A stretch of 64,000 bases of DNA, taken from Laetmonice hystrix (taxonomy: Eukaryota). The translations under genes and the position numbers were made by a program. Under the pieces are notes generated by a model. That model worked only from the letters and a program-made list of their open reading frames with translations. It was not told the origin of the DNA and made no database searches. Shown here one piece after another: positions 11,657 through 25,154 of the stretch (positions are counted from its first letter, which is position 1; the number at the start of each line of letters is the position of its first letter). The stretch lies in NCBI GenBank assembly GCA_965235115.1, contig OZ249436.1, forward strand, positions 10,728,001 through 10,792,000, given 5' to 3'.

Positions 11657-14600
11657 TCTGTACTCCCTCTTCAAGAATAGGACACATATCTGCGCAGTGG
11701 TAATGGGTCTATGCTTATACCCCTGACTTCCCCTAAAAAACGCCCTCCAAAAACGAATGGTCATATAATAGTAATACTTCTGGATAAGCAATCTTCTCCC
11801 GAGTAACAGCGTGGGTGTACAATCGCCTTCAATTACAGGTATACAGATTAAGGTATACAGATTAAACGATTTTCCTCCGAGATTAACGTTGTCTAGCGTT
11901 GTCGTCTGCCACTATAGATCTATGGTCTCACACTTGTCCTGACTCTCCTTTCAGTGAAATTATTGGATGCAAGTTACTATCTACTGAATCTTCTACCACA
12001 TCTCACCGACTTCATAATGGTATTAAGTCGTACACCGATGGGAAACCATCGCTAGCCTGGGATCCGCGTGTCTTCCGTTTGGTTAAATAAGCGGCGAGGA
12101 TGTCCTCAAAGTTCATTATCAGAGGGATATCACAAGCGTATATCAGAGAGCCAGTGGTCATTATGGCTCTCTCTGAGGTTGAGGTGTCTATTACAGAGTA
12201 ATTCCAACCACTGACAACACCACCGTTCTTCATGCATACCGAGTGGTATTGCGAATTCACGGCATATAATTAGAAGGTCAATCAATATCCAACCCCGGTA
12301 CATTACGGGGCCATGGTGGGTGGCCAATGAATGCTGGTTAGTTTGGTATTGTCAGGGCTCCTAACTAACCACTTCTCACATTTCCGGGACACTCCAACTT
12401 GGAGTGGGGCACCCAGGCAGCAAGTACCCGCCAGGCATTCACCACACATGGGGTACACTGCAATTATGGTTTGCTAGGCCTAAGGTTCTGTCCAGGATAT
12501 AGACAAAACATTCATCTTTCAGCCTTCCGCTATGTCCAGGCTACCTCTCTGCTCCAGCCATTCATTGATGGTAAATATAAATTAATGAAAACATAATTCA
12601 GTAAGGGTGGGGCAGGGAGATAATCAGTGTGGGCACTTGGATTGTAAAGGGTAGCTGTGCTCGCAGGGCATTCATCCCAAAAAGCTAGTGTCGAGCCTTG
12701 TTGAGTCGTGCAAATCATAACGAAAGATGAGAACGTGATTCCTGCTAGGCAGGTTCAACGATCTGCACAGAGGGAAAACGGCAGTTCGTGAACGACATTT
12801 GAAGCATGCTGGGAATACCTCTGGCGCTAGTTTTAAGTGTCGCATCTAAGCCTACATGTTTGAAATCGGCCACTTTACGCCAAGACACCATTGGAACAAG
12901 TTGTTGCTAACCAACATGTACCCCATCGCCTCCTGTTCTTCAGGAGCGTCCTTTGTGGGGCGGTCGGGCCCAACTACTAGATAAGTTGACGTGAGATCCG
13001 CCTTCAAGACTGTCCCTGATTATTAGACGTCATTCATGATTGTGGAGGACTTGTTATTATGTTGTTGTCCATGCCCGAAGTATCGGGAGGACAACCTCTA
13101 GTCCAAACTTCAATATGTAAACTTGGTTTAAAATCATTGTGAAAAAAGGGCCTAAAATTTCTATAAAATGGACATTCGCGTTTGTCTGACTAACAGGAGG
13201 TTCTGTGTGTCCTTCACTGCCCACGTCGCCCACGAATTGGAAATTACTGCCGAATGCACAGCGTCACTTGCTTGTAATTTCCACTGTAAAGTGGGAACAG
13301 CTGAAGAGGTTGGCCTGACTTGGTCGTCTCATCTGTCGGTGAACGTGAGCTTTATTAGGACATCACAACCAATTATCGGAACGCGCACGTTGCCGCACCA
13401 GCAGTTTGTAAGACAGACACATGGGCTGGCATTTCTTTACCCAACGTGATCCGTCTGTCAACAACTATTCCCTGATGTCATTGTCCTTGTTTGAAAACAT
13501 AGACATCGATATCTTACGCCTTTTATGGAATCAAAAATATGATAATGATGTACGATTTTTTTCCCTAAGAAGCCCTAACTGTGACCGTGAATTCAATTAT
13601 TTGAAAACAATTCTTCCCATTTAACGAAAATGTCAATGGTGTAATTAAACATCGCTTTTACACATACAAAAAGCCGTTTTGGAAATCCAATACTCTAGTC
13701 CGTGGGTTTCTATTTGCCAATAGATCTTCAGAACAAGTCATGATCCATTACTAATGCTTTCCTTGCGGTTGGCTTGTTACATATTTATCGCAAGGTGGAT
13801 CCGGATCAAAGGTTGCCACTTTTTGGAAATCCTTAATCTTCCAGTTTAGAAAATTGTCGAAGGTGATTTAAGGCCAAAATCTCGCTGCGACCAATCCGAG
13901 CCTCAATGCAGAGAGAGGTCATCGAGAGTTGATAAAATATTTACATAGCATGTAGAAGGTGGACCGCGTTCAAAAAAAGGCTATACAGTGTTTAAGTCAG
14001 TATAGTGGCTGTCACATGGACGGATGAGTCCCATAATGCCAGGGGAAGGCCCGACTTGTTTGTAGCAACATGGCGATAGTCTGGGCGAGCCTTGGCTGTG
14101 CACGTGGGCATATATAGATATATATGGCACACCATTCGAGCCCGACAAAATCGCAGGGTATATTGATCTTAACGGTGAATGTCGGTACACACAGCTCGGA
14201 CTATAAGCCTTCTTCTTTGTCTGTTAAAGCCTGAGGGAACTGAACATGAAATTCCCCGATAACAAGTGCGAACACTGGCTCTGCAGAACACCATTCACTT
14301 ATCGAGATAATGTCTGGTAGTAACCTTGGGAATTATTGTTTCTGACAAGGTCTAATAATACTGGTGCACTGTTCAAATATTGAATTTATAAAAGACATGT
14401 GAATACAGTTTTCTTCATTCTTTACTCTCGACATTTAGCTTGGATGTAAAACTCCTTTAAAAGAGCTAAACGGGATGTTGAAATGCTACTTTGTGTACTC
14501 ACATGCCGTTGTATACACAGAAGCAGAAAAGCCTGACATAGCATTCGTATATGTTGTATAGCTTGAAGACTGAAGCGAGTAGCCCTACAAAATGCTCATC

Positions 14601-14854
14601 AGCACGCAGCTGGCTATACAAAGAATGGAAGCTGGTTAAATATACGTAGCACAAATTGATGTTAGCTCTGATGTTCGCCGAGTGGTTGTGAATCTGAGAT
14701 CCAAACTGGCCTCTCAAGTTGCACCATGGGTATCTACTGAAGTTTGAGTGAGACGTGTCAGTTCATTTTCACTGAAACTTTTTTAGCAAAGGAACGGAAC
14801 GTAAAGGAACGTAAATGGGTAGCCTAGTTCATGAGCGGATTTCGAGGGGTCCTG

Positions 14855-14967
14855 GGGGTGTTTCAATAAGCGAGTCCGACCGGCGACGGACCAAAAATTA
14901 CAGGCCCTAACCAAGCGACAGACTGTCCGTCGCCAGTCGGACGGTCCGACGCGTTTATTGGGTACCC
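14855..14967. mobile_element. Small degenerate MITE (Harbinger-like), inserted in another short repeat element
   Basis: Imperfect TIRs GGGGTGTTTCAATAAGCG / CGTTTATTGGGTACCC; internal inverted repeat GTCCGACCGGCGACGGAC / GTCCGTCGCCAGTCGGAC. Confidence 0.5.
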
Positions 14968-17900
14968 CTAGGGTACGGACCCCCTTTAAGCATCCTTTGC
15001 AAATTCCTAGACACCCTCAGGTGTAATTGGATGGATATCCTCATGAAAAATTCTTTTCATGCAACGTTTTGTTAAACTTTAGAAAGAGAAAGACCACATA
15101 ATACTCAAACGGGCTTTTCGGACACGTGGAAAACGCATGTACGACTGTATTGGCAGACAAATCAGCTCTTCCTGTAACCCACGGCGTACTGCTCTAAGTA
15201 TAATGACAGCCTCATATTGCGGAGTATGAACAAATAGAGTCAAGGCCCACGTTTACTATACTACATCCCGGACCAACCGCTCTCAAGTGCCTCTGAGACT
15301 AATATTGGTCTGAACGGTATATAAATTTGGGAATTATCCAGTCCGTTGCACGGGAGAATGAAATAGCAACCAGCAGCAATAGCTTCCAGTGATGTGATAT
15401 ACACCCGGATGGACTACGGCGCCAATGAGAATTCTGTATTAACATACTTCTGTTTATATATGCAAACCAGTCACTGTGATCTAACTTAATCATCCCTGAG
15501 GATCCGGCTAGACTTACATTCTACAATAACAGTGTGTTTTATACAAAGATGGTTTTTCGGGAGCTATATCAACACAACACGGATCTGCATGAAGCAGAGA
15601 TGGTACTTTCAGACCTTTCCTACTATTAAGTACGGCCTAATCCGTGTTTTATCGGGGGGGGGGGGGATGTGGTCCGATCGCCAAATTATGTTTGAAACTG
15701 GAAATCTGCCTAGATAGATCTAATAGGAAACAGGTCTTTCTCGAGGTGGAAGTTCTAAGATGATATATAATTTCTCCCTCCAGTGGCTCGCATACATACA
15801 TGCGGAGCATATAAAAGGACGAGGGTGGAGAAGGTCGTTATATCAACATCCGGTCTGACTGTTGCCAGATTCTCGACAAAGACATGATCACGCGCCCATT
15901 GTGACACCGACGACACTGCCGGCCGACCTTGCGTGTCACTTTCAGATCTTCCGACAGCCCTGCGTCACTTAGTGTGGTTGTCAAGGGTTGCAAGGTAGAA
16001 ATACTCCTACGCATGTATTCCTGCAGTCTGATGAAAAGCCGGGGGATGTTTGTGGACTATCCTCGAGGTCTACAGCTCTCGCAACTCACGGAGATTTTCT
16101 AGCCACAGTAGGCCCTGACCCTACTTAGATCTAAGTCTCTTTGAAGATCGGCTGGGATACCAAAACTGTATGATATTGATCAGAGCTACAGATCAGGTTA
16201 TTGAGTGTTAGGCTTGTTAGAATTGTCTACGTGTCTGTTTGTAAGGTGTGTAATGATTGGCTCTCCCTGCCTGTAAAACTACTTTCATGTTCACTCCCAC
16301 TAGATTTGTTTGCTCCCATGTCTACATCTACTAATCGAAGGGGAGAAGCCAATCATTACATTTTGAGAAAAAAAAAGAAATATCGTAAATGAAACTACCT
16401 TTCTAGTCCCCACAGGCCTACTCTTCTTAACCTGGCTACGAGTGCATCTCTGCCCCATGAGCACCAAGAGCGACTAGTTCTTGATGGTCAAACTGTCACG
16501 AGATGACTACGTATGTATACAGACACCATCGCGAACTCTTCAGGGAATCATTCATTCTGAATACCAATACAAGCTGCGACTGCTGGACCATCCTCACTCA
16601 GGGTTAGGCCATCGTTCACACATCTGTATGCCAAAGGTTCGCATTCATATTGACGATTCTGCTGACACGAAAGGCTTGCACCCCTACAGTATGTGTGATA
16701 ACAATGAATTAACGCCTTTCTCAATATGAACCAGAAACGTCAAAAATGTAATTCTAAAGTTTTAAAGAGAATGCTGAAAGAAGATAAGGCGCCGCCCATC
16801 GCCTCAAACATTATAGGCACGGCCCTAATCTAAGGAATCGCCTGCCATAATGTTGTGATCGTATTTTCGTCTTTTGCTAAAACCTGTCTCTGAAAATAAT
16901 TTATAGTTTTATAGTGTATAGGCTGTAGGCCATATATCGGTTGGGCATAAAAAAAAAACTTGTCGAACTGTAACGTTAACTATTTCAAAAATACACACGT
17001 CGATGCTCTTAATATCTGGTGACATTTTCAAGTTGATATCTCAAATGGGCCTTACATGAGACCAAAATAAAACTTGTGTGTCAAAAATTTATAGTTGTCA
17101 AAATTGCTGTTCCAGACTTAGTTCTAATAACGTCGTAACTGGTATTACTTGAACAGGTAGTCATTTTGACAGACTTTTAATTTATATAATAAACGTAAGA
17201 CGAGCCCCTTTATTGCGTCATGGCCTTCGTGCAACGCAATGATTACAAATTCTCCTCTGAGCGGTTGTAAAAGCAAAGGTCAGGGAGGTGGCAGTTAGTA
17301 CTGCGTGGACAACATGATTAACTACCTGGCCCTGACCTGAAATTAGTTTTGTTCACGCCTCTCTCTACAAGCTAATTTTGTGGTCCTTGTTGAATATTTA
17401 TTGGATTCGTACATTGGACATGGCAGTGAGCATCCCCGGTGTTTGGACGTCGACGTTTTAGGGACCCCAACTGGCAGACCCAGCTAATGGTCATCGATCT
17501 TCACTGAGGTACTACAAGACAGAGGAGTCCAGTTCACTGCTTGGTTTGGGCATAATCCCCCTGTGGCCGCTCCTCATTCATTTGTGGACACTTTACTATA
17601 CAGGGGTGCCTATAATTAAGAATAACATGAAAACATACGTATTGATTTGGTAGTTTTACGCACAACATTTGGCTCTTAATTGACACTCGACTTGGCCTGC
17701 ATGATCAACATAATATTCGTAACATTTCTTCCACCAACATGATCTAGTTTTAGTTCTATTATAGGGCAGTACTGGATATTCCCTGCTAAATCTCGTTTTT
17801 TACAGTATTTCCCTTGACCTCCCCCCTTCCAAAATCCTGGACCCCCCTTATCTATCTGAGTGGACCGCTAACGGGAGACAATTTATAAGGGTGGCTTAGA

Positions 17901-17999
17901 GTCGGGGCTAGCCATCGGCCAAGGCCCCCGACACTCGAGATGGGGTTCTCTCCATGCTATTTAGATCTTCTAGGTTTTAGGGAAGTTGTAGCCGTCTAA

Positions 18000-18200
18000 A
18001 GCCGGGTTTCCATGTACATACGTTTCCCTTATTCGTTATCCGTTTTCATTATCCGGTTCCGACTCAATCGTTTATACCTATGGGATCGTTTCCATGTATA
18101 CAATCGGACTACAAAACGTGCACATGGAAACGCTCCCATAGAAAATAGACAAAATAAACGATCGAAACGGATAACGGAAACGGATAACGGAAATGTTTTT
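18000..18200. mobile_element. Harbinger-like MITE remnant
   Basis: Starts TAA|AGCCGGGTTTCCATGTA; internal inverted motifs CGTTATCCGTTT / AAACGGATAACG and GTTTCCATG / CATGGAAAC. Confidence 0.45.
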
Positions 18201-21200
18201 TGACCCGACGATCGAATGAAATCGGTATGCTGGACGGATAGCCTTGTTGACTCTCGTGCGCTTCTCCTGAAGGTAAACTCTTCTTTTAAAGGCTAAAAGT
18301 TACTTTTGAAACAATGTCTAGATTCATTTTGGATGACTTCCTTTTCTTGTGTTGGTCCTCGTCAAGGCTGATTAGTTCTAAACTCATACGGCAGGTTTGG
18401 TTAAAGACACACTCTGTATAGAAAAATGAGAATATCTTTTTGGAAACAGTTTATTCTCTTTTAGATACCCTCTGCTTTCTTTTCTATTATTGCTCCCTCT
18501 TATACTAATTCAACATATATATTATTGACAGAAATATAATATTAACCTAATTTCAATCTTTAGTTCAGCTTTAGCATTGCCACATGCCTCTTTTCGCCAT
18601 ATATCTCTAGTCCCTGAAGAAGCTATGGGAGGCGTATACTTCTGAGCAAACTAATCTTGTCAACGATGAACTCAAGAGACACAGTGTGCAATCTTAAGCC
18701 CAATGGTTGAAGATTTCCGACGCTTTTCGCTCGAGTTGGATGGCAATGGAGCCGTTATGGCCCTGTGTCTTTATTGAATGCCGCCTGAAAGGTTTGATGC
18801 GACCGGAAGCAATTCTGTGAGTTGTGTGGTATTTCCCGCGTGAACCACTCTATCAGCATGCCGTATCAGTACGGGCTGGGCACAGTCTATGTGACCTTGA
18901 CATGCCATGGTACCGGGCAGGGCATCAGGGCCGCATTGATTGTAACGTCTTCATCCACTTCAGTCGATATAATACACTGCCCTTTGCACGATTCTTTCCT
19001 CCCATATAGTAGGCATATGTTAGCGTGCAGCAACCCCATTCAAATTACTTTTTTGACCTGGGTGAAAAGTTAATAAATGGGGTATCCGATGCTTTAACTA
19101 CAAGGAAATTTCGCAAAAAAACTTTTGGGGTTATCTTTCGAATTTAAAGTTTCTTGGTTCCGAGCGAGGATGACCTATTTCGTCAAATTTATGCTAATGA
19201 CAAAATTTTCCAATTTCCCCTTCTGATTCTGTGTTATATGCCCCTCCACCCATGATTTTTGTGCCGTGTAAAGTTCGATTTATAAAATGTGTAAGCGTAT
19301 AGATGTAGCTCTGGCAATTGCATGGTTTATTAGTAGATTAGGGCAGATTAGTAGAGGGGAGCGTGTAGTAACATGAACGACTGCATTGGAAATGTAACTG
19401 ACACTTACATGGAAGACGCTCGCAAAAGTATAAAAAAAAATTGAATCACAAGGGTAAGCAGATCATCAGTATAAAACGTATTTTATAGTGCTGCAAGCTA
19501 CTGTCAACTCAGAAAGATCAACTCTGCATCCGCTATGCACACTCTGTCGTTAAGTAGCTTAAAAACGATTATGTGATGAAATATAAATAGCAGGTGAAAG
19601 GTTGTTGCAGTAACTTCATCAAGGTAAGCGAAACTTCGGCCATATTTATTGAAACCTACTATTTCTGTACAGATACAACATACTTCTCCTGCACAGTACA
19701 CCTCCAGTGTCAGCTCTTTTTTCTTCATTCCCTGAACTCATGCTGGCTTACAGCAGCACGAGGATAAGAGCTGCACCGCTGAGTGTCCTGAGGGCGAGCG
19801 CCTATAAGCCAGTGACATCACATCCGGTTTCAATATATTTATGTTATTATCACTATATAAGTCACCGTAAATTTTGTAATACTAGTATTATGTAAAAAGT
19901 ATGTATTTAGAATTTTAAATCATTCCCTTGCCAGTTCAAGCATATTTGTGCACACTGAAGAAGGTAGCAATGACATTCATAGGAAAGATTTCAAGGTGGC
20001 ACACACTCTCAGCTCCCCAAAGCAGACCGAAACGTGGAGATGTTGGTAAAAAACCTGCTATTTCTGTACCATAATATTTAAAAAGCACACGATATTTACA
20101 CAATGCCAACAGATGGGGGTAGTCATATTACATGGTTTTGATATAGAAATACTTCGATGCCCCTTAAACGGCGAAGACTGAAGTGCTCTCTTTTCCACGA
20201 GCGAACGTACGTGACGAATACCTTGCAAAAATTCCACTAGCGAATTACAATACCAGATATATACACTTTTCTATTGTTGCGACAGAAAGGAGGCTGGTGT
20301 TATCCGACACGGGAAGATGCCTGGTATGATCTATAGGCCTTCCTAACATACAGCTAGATACATCTACCAAACTTTGTTGTATTATGTACCAGGTTAAAGG
20401 CTCCTGCCCCTATTATTCTGCCTTCATACACCGCTATGCATTGCGATAGCAAACTAGAACGGAGGTTGGTAGGAAGAGCTTTGAGTAACATTGACACAGT
20501 TCCTGTAATATTAATATGCAGGCTTGTGAAAGCCTGAGAGGATTGACTCTATAGTCGATCAGCCAAATGGAGGCAGAATAATATATATACAGAGTAAATA
20601 TGTGCGGACGAATTGTTGTAGTAAACATCGTCTGGCTGATGTGCAATTCTGTCTCCATGCACGAGCAGTTGTGAATTCATGTTATTATATCAAAGCACTG
20701 CCACTGTAGTCCGTACTCGCCATGAAGCCCGCGAGGAAGACGCTTTCTTATATATACCTGGGCACCATTATGTTTCTCACGTTATTGCCGACAAACTTGA
20801 TTGCATGTCCGCGTTACAGGCACCATCACGTTTATCGGTTCCTGGGCTGTAAACATTTTTTGAACACTGTTAGAACGACTATATTATCTCCTTAGACAGT
20901 TCTGTTATATATGACTTCTGGAACAGACATTGACATTTAGTGGAAGAGATTGCTTTCAGATTGTTACAATTGATTTTCATATATTAAGAGAAAGAGAGTT
21001 CTATAAGAAACGTCTGCCAAATTTAAGTTGGGGGGGGGGGCGGGTTCTCGCAGGAATGTGCCCACTGACTGCCGCGAGGAATCGAGAGCGAATGTGAAGG
21101 TTTTTGTTGATGGTAATATGATATGATAATTGATATGCCTTATGTTATGTCGTATACGAAATACTGCCATGCCCAATACCCAATTCAAATGAACGTCTCG

Positions 21201-21365
21201 GAATCTGTGGAACTTCAGCGCGCGATAGGCTCTATACGATACGATTTTCATTTTGTCGTGAGGGTCGTACCAGTATAGGATTGTTTCCACTAAGGCGATT
21301 TTCCTTGCGACGTCCATGATATTTTGACATCGCCCTTTTATTTTACTTTGATTTTGAGATTAAAG

Positions 21366-21570
21366 TACGGAGCCCTGTTGGGGACTTGAAAAGAAAAAAA
21401 TATCGTTTCAGAGAAAAAAAAGTGTGGTGATCTCGCAATTACCACATAGTGACGTCATTAACTCGTTATTACGACTTAATGACGTCACTAAGTGGTAATT
21501 TCGAGATCACCACAAAATGTTTTCTCTGAAACGAATTTTTCTTTCTTCATGTCCCCAACAGGGCTCCGTA
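21366..21570. mobile_element. IS3EU-like MITE (TACGG...CCGTA), almost entirely palindromic
   Basis: TACGGAGCCCTGTTGGGGAC ... GTCCCCAACAGGGCTCCGTA; the interior folds back (GTGGTGATCTCG..AATTACCAC..AGTGACGTCATTAA and its inverse). Flanking 6-mers TTAAAG and GGAAAT do not match, so no TSD is seen. Confidence 0.75.
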
Positions 21571-22394
21571 GGAAATCGCCTAAGTGGAAACAGTTCTTAT
21601 ATATATGGTGTATCACCGAGGGCTATCTATATAATTAGGACCAATCTTTCGGACAGAAGAATTCTAGGTCTGCTGGAATTTCACAACAAATGGTCAGTTT
21701 ATTAAGGCGGGATACATGCGACAGCCTGTTGACTCCTTCACCACAAATGATCGTTAGGCGTACGTTCATCATCCCCTGCTCAGCGAAACGCGCCCCAGAA
21801 TTATTCTCATGAGACGTGAGTCGACGTCCGCAGTAACTTACGTAGAATTGGTATCCACGTCGTCGGTTCGAGTCCCCTGTAGAATTTTGTAGTGTTGGCG
21901 ACACAGTAGGAGCTTTAGTACTCAAACACCGTCAAGTGGCAACTCTGCCAGGAGGCATGAAAAGGAATTCATCTCAGGAAAGGGGCAGTACGGTAAGGAG
22001 AAGGCGTTGGTGTAAAGGGTACACTACAAACATCTAAACGGCATGGCAAAACCGGGAAAACCACAGATGGACAGCGCTGGGGCTGTCTTCATTTACACAG
22101 CGGTCGCCAGATTATAAAAAACAACATCAGGCTCAAGTCGTAGGATGGAGATGAAATGGGAACGCGTGTGTGTCATACAATGACGTATTGGTGACATAAT
22201 TAACGGTGCGTCTGCTCATGTATGCATTACGATGATCTTTAATGTATATATTTACCAAGGTGAGAGGGTAGAACCCATGTCCTTGTAGCCATAATAAGAC
22301 TAATGTATAGTGATAGGCAAAATCTTTCGTACGCAAAATGAAGCTACATATTTGTTATACCCCCAATATGCCTCGAGGACAAATAAATGAAAAT

Positions 22395-22565
22395 GAAGAA
22401 AGAAAGAAAGAAAGAAAGAATGAAAGAAAGAAAGAAGAAGAAGAAGAAGAAGAAGAAGAAGAAGAAGAAGAAGAAGAAGAAGAAGAAGAAGAAGGTGCAG
22501 AAGAAGAAGGTGCAGAAGAAGAAGAAAAAAGAAGAAAAGAGAAAAAGAAAAAAGAAGAAAAACTT

Positions 22566-22610
<45 letters not shown>

Positions 22611-22628
22611 AAGAGAGATATAGAGAGA
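22395..22628. repeat. Compound purine microsatellite (GAAA)n/(GAA)n/(GA)n
   Basis: Read directly; explains the poly-E, poly-K and poly-F ORFs here. Confidence 0.97.
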
Positions 22629-22974
22629 GGTCGCAGGTGTTACATTGTTATTTCCCAAAGAGTGTATTTGTGTGTCTGCATTCTTAAATTTCAACCCAAA
22701 CACCTTTACAGGGTCATAAAAAGATGGCGAGTCCATCAGACGATTGGTTTGGCAGAAGATTTGCCGGAGGGCTCTGAGTGAAAAGATGGAAGTGGAAGAG
22801 GCTACAAAGCCGATCGAACCCGTTAACTATTTTGTACGGTCGTAAAATGAAATTGATTACAGCTTGTGAGACGGCATTCTCTTTGGATGGGACAACCAGA
22901 ATACCAATCAAACAAATTACTAAAGAAAAAGGTTAGAACGAAACTGGGTTCAATTTAAAAATGAATTTTTACTT

Positions 22975-24224
22975 CATGAACTATCCGTCTGCAGCTGTCA
23001 GGGAAGGAGTGACCGGTCACTGCATGAACTATCCGTCTGTAGCTGTCAGGGAAGGAGTGACCGGCCACTGCATGAACTATCCGTCTGTAGCTGTCAGGGA
23101 AGGAGTGATCGGTCACTGCATGAACTATCCGTCTGTAGCTGTCAGGGAAGGAGTGGCCGGTCACTGCATGAACTATCCGTCTGTAGCTGTCAGGGAAGGA
23201 GTGACCGGTCACTGCATGAACTATCCGTCTGTAGCTGTCCGGGAAGGAGTGGCCGGTCACTGCATGAACTATCCGTCTGTAGCTGTCAGGGAAGGAGTGA
23301 CCGGTCACTGCATGAACTATCCGTCTGTAGCTGTCAGGGAAGGAATGGCCGGTCACTGCATGAACTATCCGTCTGCAGCTGTCAGGGAAGGAGTGACCGG
23401 CCACTGCATGAACTATCCGTCTGTTGCTGTCAGGGAAGGAATGGCCGGTCACTGCATGAACTATCCGTCTGTTGCTGTCAGGGAAGGAATGGCCGGTCAC
23501 TGCATGAACTATCCGTCTGCTGCTGTCAGGGAAGGAGTGACCGGTCACTGCATGAACTATCCGTCTGTTGCTGTCAGGGAAGGAGTGACCGGTCACTGCA
23601 TGAACTATCCGTCTGTAGCTGTCAGGGAAGGAGTAACCGGTCAATGCATGAACTATCCGTCTGTAGCTGTCAGGGAAGGAGACCGGCCACTGCATGAACT
23701 ATCCGTCTGTAGCTGTGAGGGAAGGAGTGGCCGATCACTGCATGAACTATCCGTCTGTAGCTGTCAGGGAAGGAGTGGCCGATCACTGCATGAACTATCC
23801 GTCTGTAGCTGTCAGGGAAGGAATGACCGGTCACTGCATGAACTATCCGTCTGTAGCTGTCAGGGAAGGAGTGACCGGTCACTGCATGAACTATCCGTCT
23901 GTAGCTGTCAGGGAAGGAGTGGCCGGTCACTGCATGAACTATCCGTCTGCTGCTGTCAGGGAAGGAGTGACCGGTCACTGCATGAACTATCCGTCTGTAG
24001 CTGTCAGGGAAGGAGTGACCGGTCACTGCATGAACTATCCGTCTGTTGCTGTCAGGGAAGGAGTGACCGGTCACTGCATGAACTATCCGACTGTAGCTGC
24101 AGGGAAGGAGTGACCGGTCACTGCATGAACTATCCGTCTGTAGCTGTCAGAGAAGGAGACCGGCCACTGCATGAACTATCCGTTTGTAGCTGTCAGGGAA
24201 GGAGTGACTGGTCACTGTATGAAC
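22975..24224. repeat. 48-bp minisatellite, about 26 copies
   Basis: Unit CATGAACTATCCGTCTGTAGCTGTCAGGGAAGGAGTGACCGGTCACTG, containing the perfect 14-bp palindrome AGTGACCGGTCACT. Two units carry a 2-bp deletion. Confidence 0.97.
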
Positions 24225-25154
24225 TTCCCATCCGGCAGACGGAGCTCTGGAGTGTCTTGAAGACATCGACGAGAGACCACCTCCCATCTCCCCAAGCCCA
24301 CCCCAGTCCACCCAATTATGACGAGTCCATACCGAGGGATCACTCAAAGCCGTTCATTTCTGGTCCATGTATTTCTTTTACGACTCCCTCTCCAGGTCCT
24401 GATTTAAGGGGGTTACTTCAAAGGGGAGATAGACACTCGAGAGTGCAGTAGAAGACAGCAAAGACGACGCATCCCTGTGTGTTGATTACCCAGAATTTAC
24501 CCACGATACCATGTATATGAGAAAGACCCCAAATGTGACCTATCTTCCTGCTGGCCAGTCTAACTATAAGCCTGTTCTGGGGATAAGAACTTCCATATTT
24601 CGGAAGAAAAAGTTTTTTTGATACTTCGTATGTCATATTGAGTAGACATTATATAATTCGTAATGCTTCCTCTAGTTTTATGCGTGTATCAATGTACTCC
24701 AGGCATAGAACCCGTCCAGACGGCCCGGAAATAAAATAATCGGAATCTAACATCAGATGTCATTATCTTCGCCATTTTTCGCTTTATTCTTTATACAAAA
24801 ACATGTCACTGCAACCTGGGGGTCGTTTCACTAAGAGCTCGTTTTGTGCGAGCTAAAATCCCTGGTAAATAGTAAGCAAACTCCCGTAGCTACATATATA
24901 CAAGGTCATATACGAGGAAATGTTGGGGATACGAGCTCGTATGAAACGGGTCCGACGCAGTCTTACTTCAGTACGCATGACAAGCGTCTCGCCCCAAAAT
25001 ATGCGTCAAATTGGAGGGGGTAACCATAATTTTGCCATATTTCGGCGGTTTTATTCCGGAATATGATGCTAAAGAGGCATTAAATTTTCTCTACCCATTG
25101 TCCCAGCAACCGAAATTAATAAATTCTACAAAAACTTTTGAAACATATACTTAA

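Noticed and set aside
11700..12700. Possible decayed retroelement protease-like peptide (IEGDCTPTLLLGRRLL, minus strand)
   Set aside because: Only a short motif, with many stops in all frames and no D(T/S)G, RT or LTR evidence.
15810..15817. TATAAAAG boxes at 15810 and 27749 on the plus strand
   Set aside because: No downstream coding exons could be linked; motif-only evidence.
19700..19810. Possible minus-strand first exon (MSSGNEEKRADTG) with a TATA-like box
   Set aside because: Weak donor (GTGTAC) and no further exons identified.
21820..21880. tRNA B-box GGTTCGAGTCCC
   Set aside because: No A-box at the proper distance and no cloverleaf.
22338..22781. Poly-E, poly-K and poly-F ORFs (also 42729-43166)
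   Set aside because: Microsatellite translations.
22955..24451. 496-aa and 246-aa repeat ORFs
   Set aside because: Translations of the 48-bp minisatellite, open on both strands and frameshifted by unit deletions.
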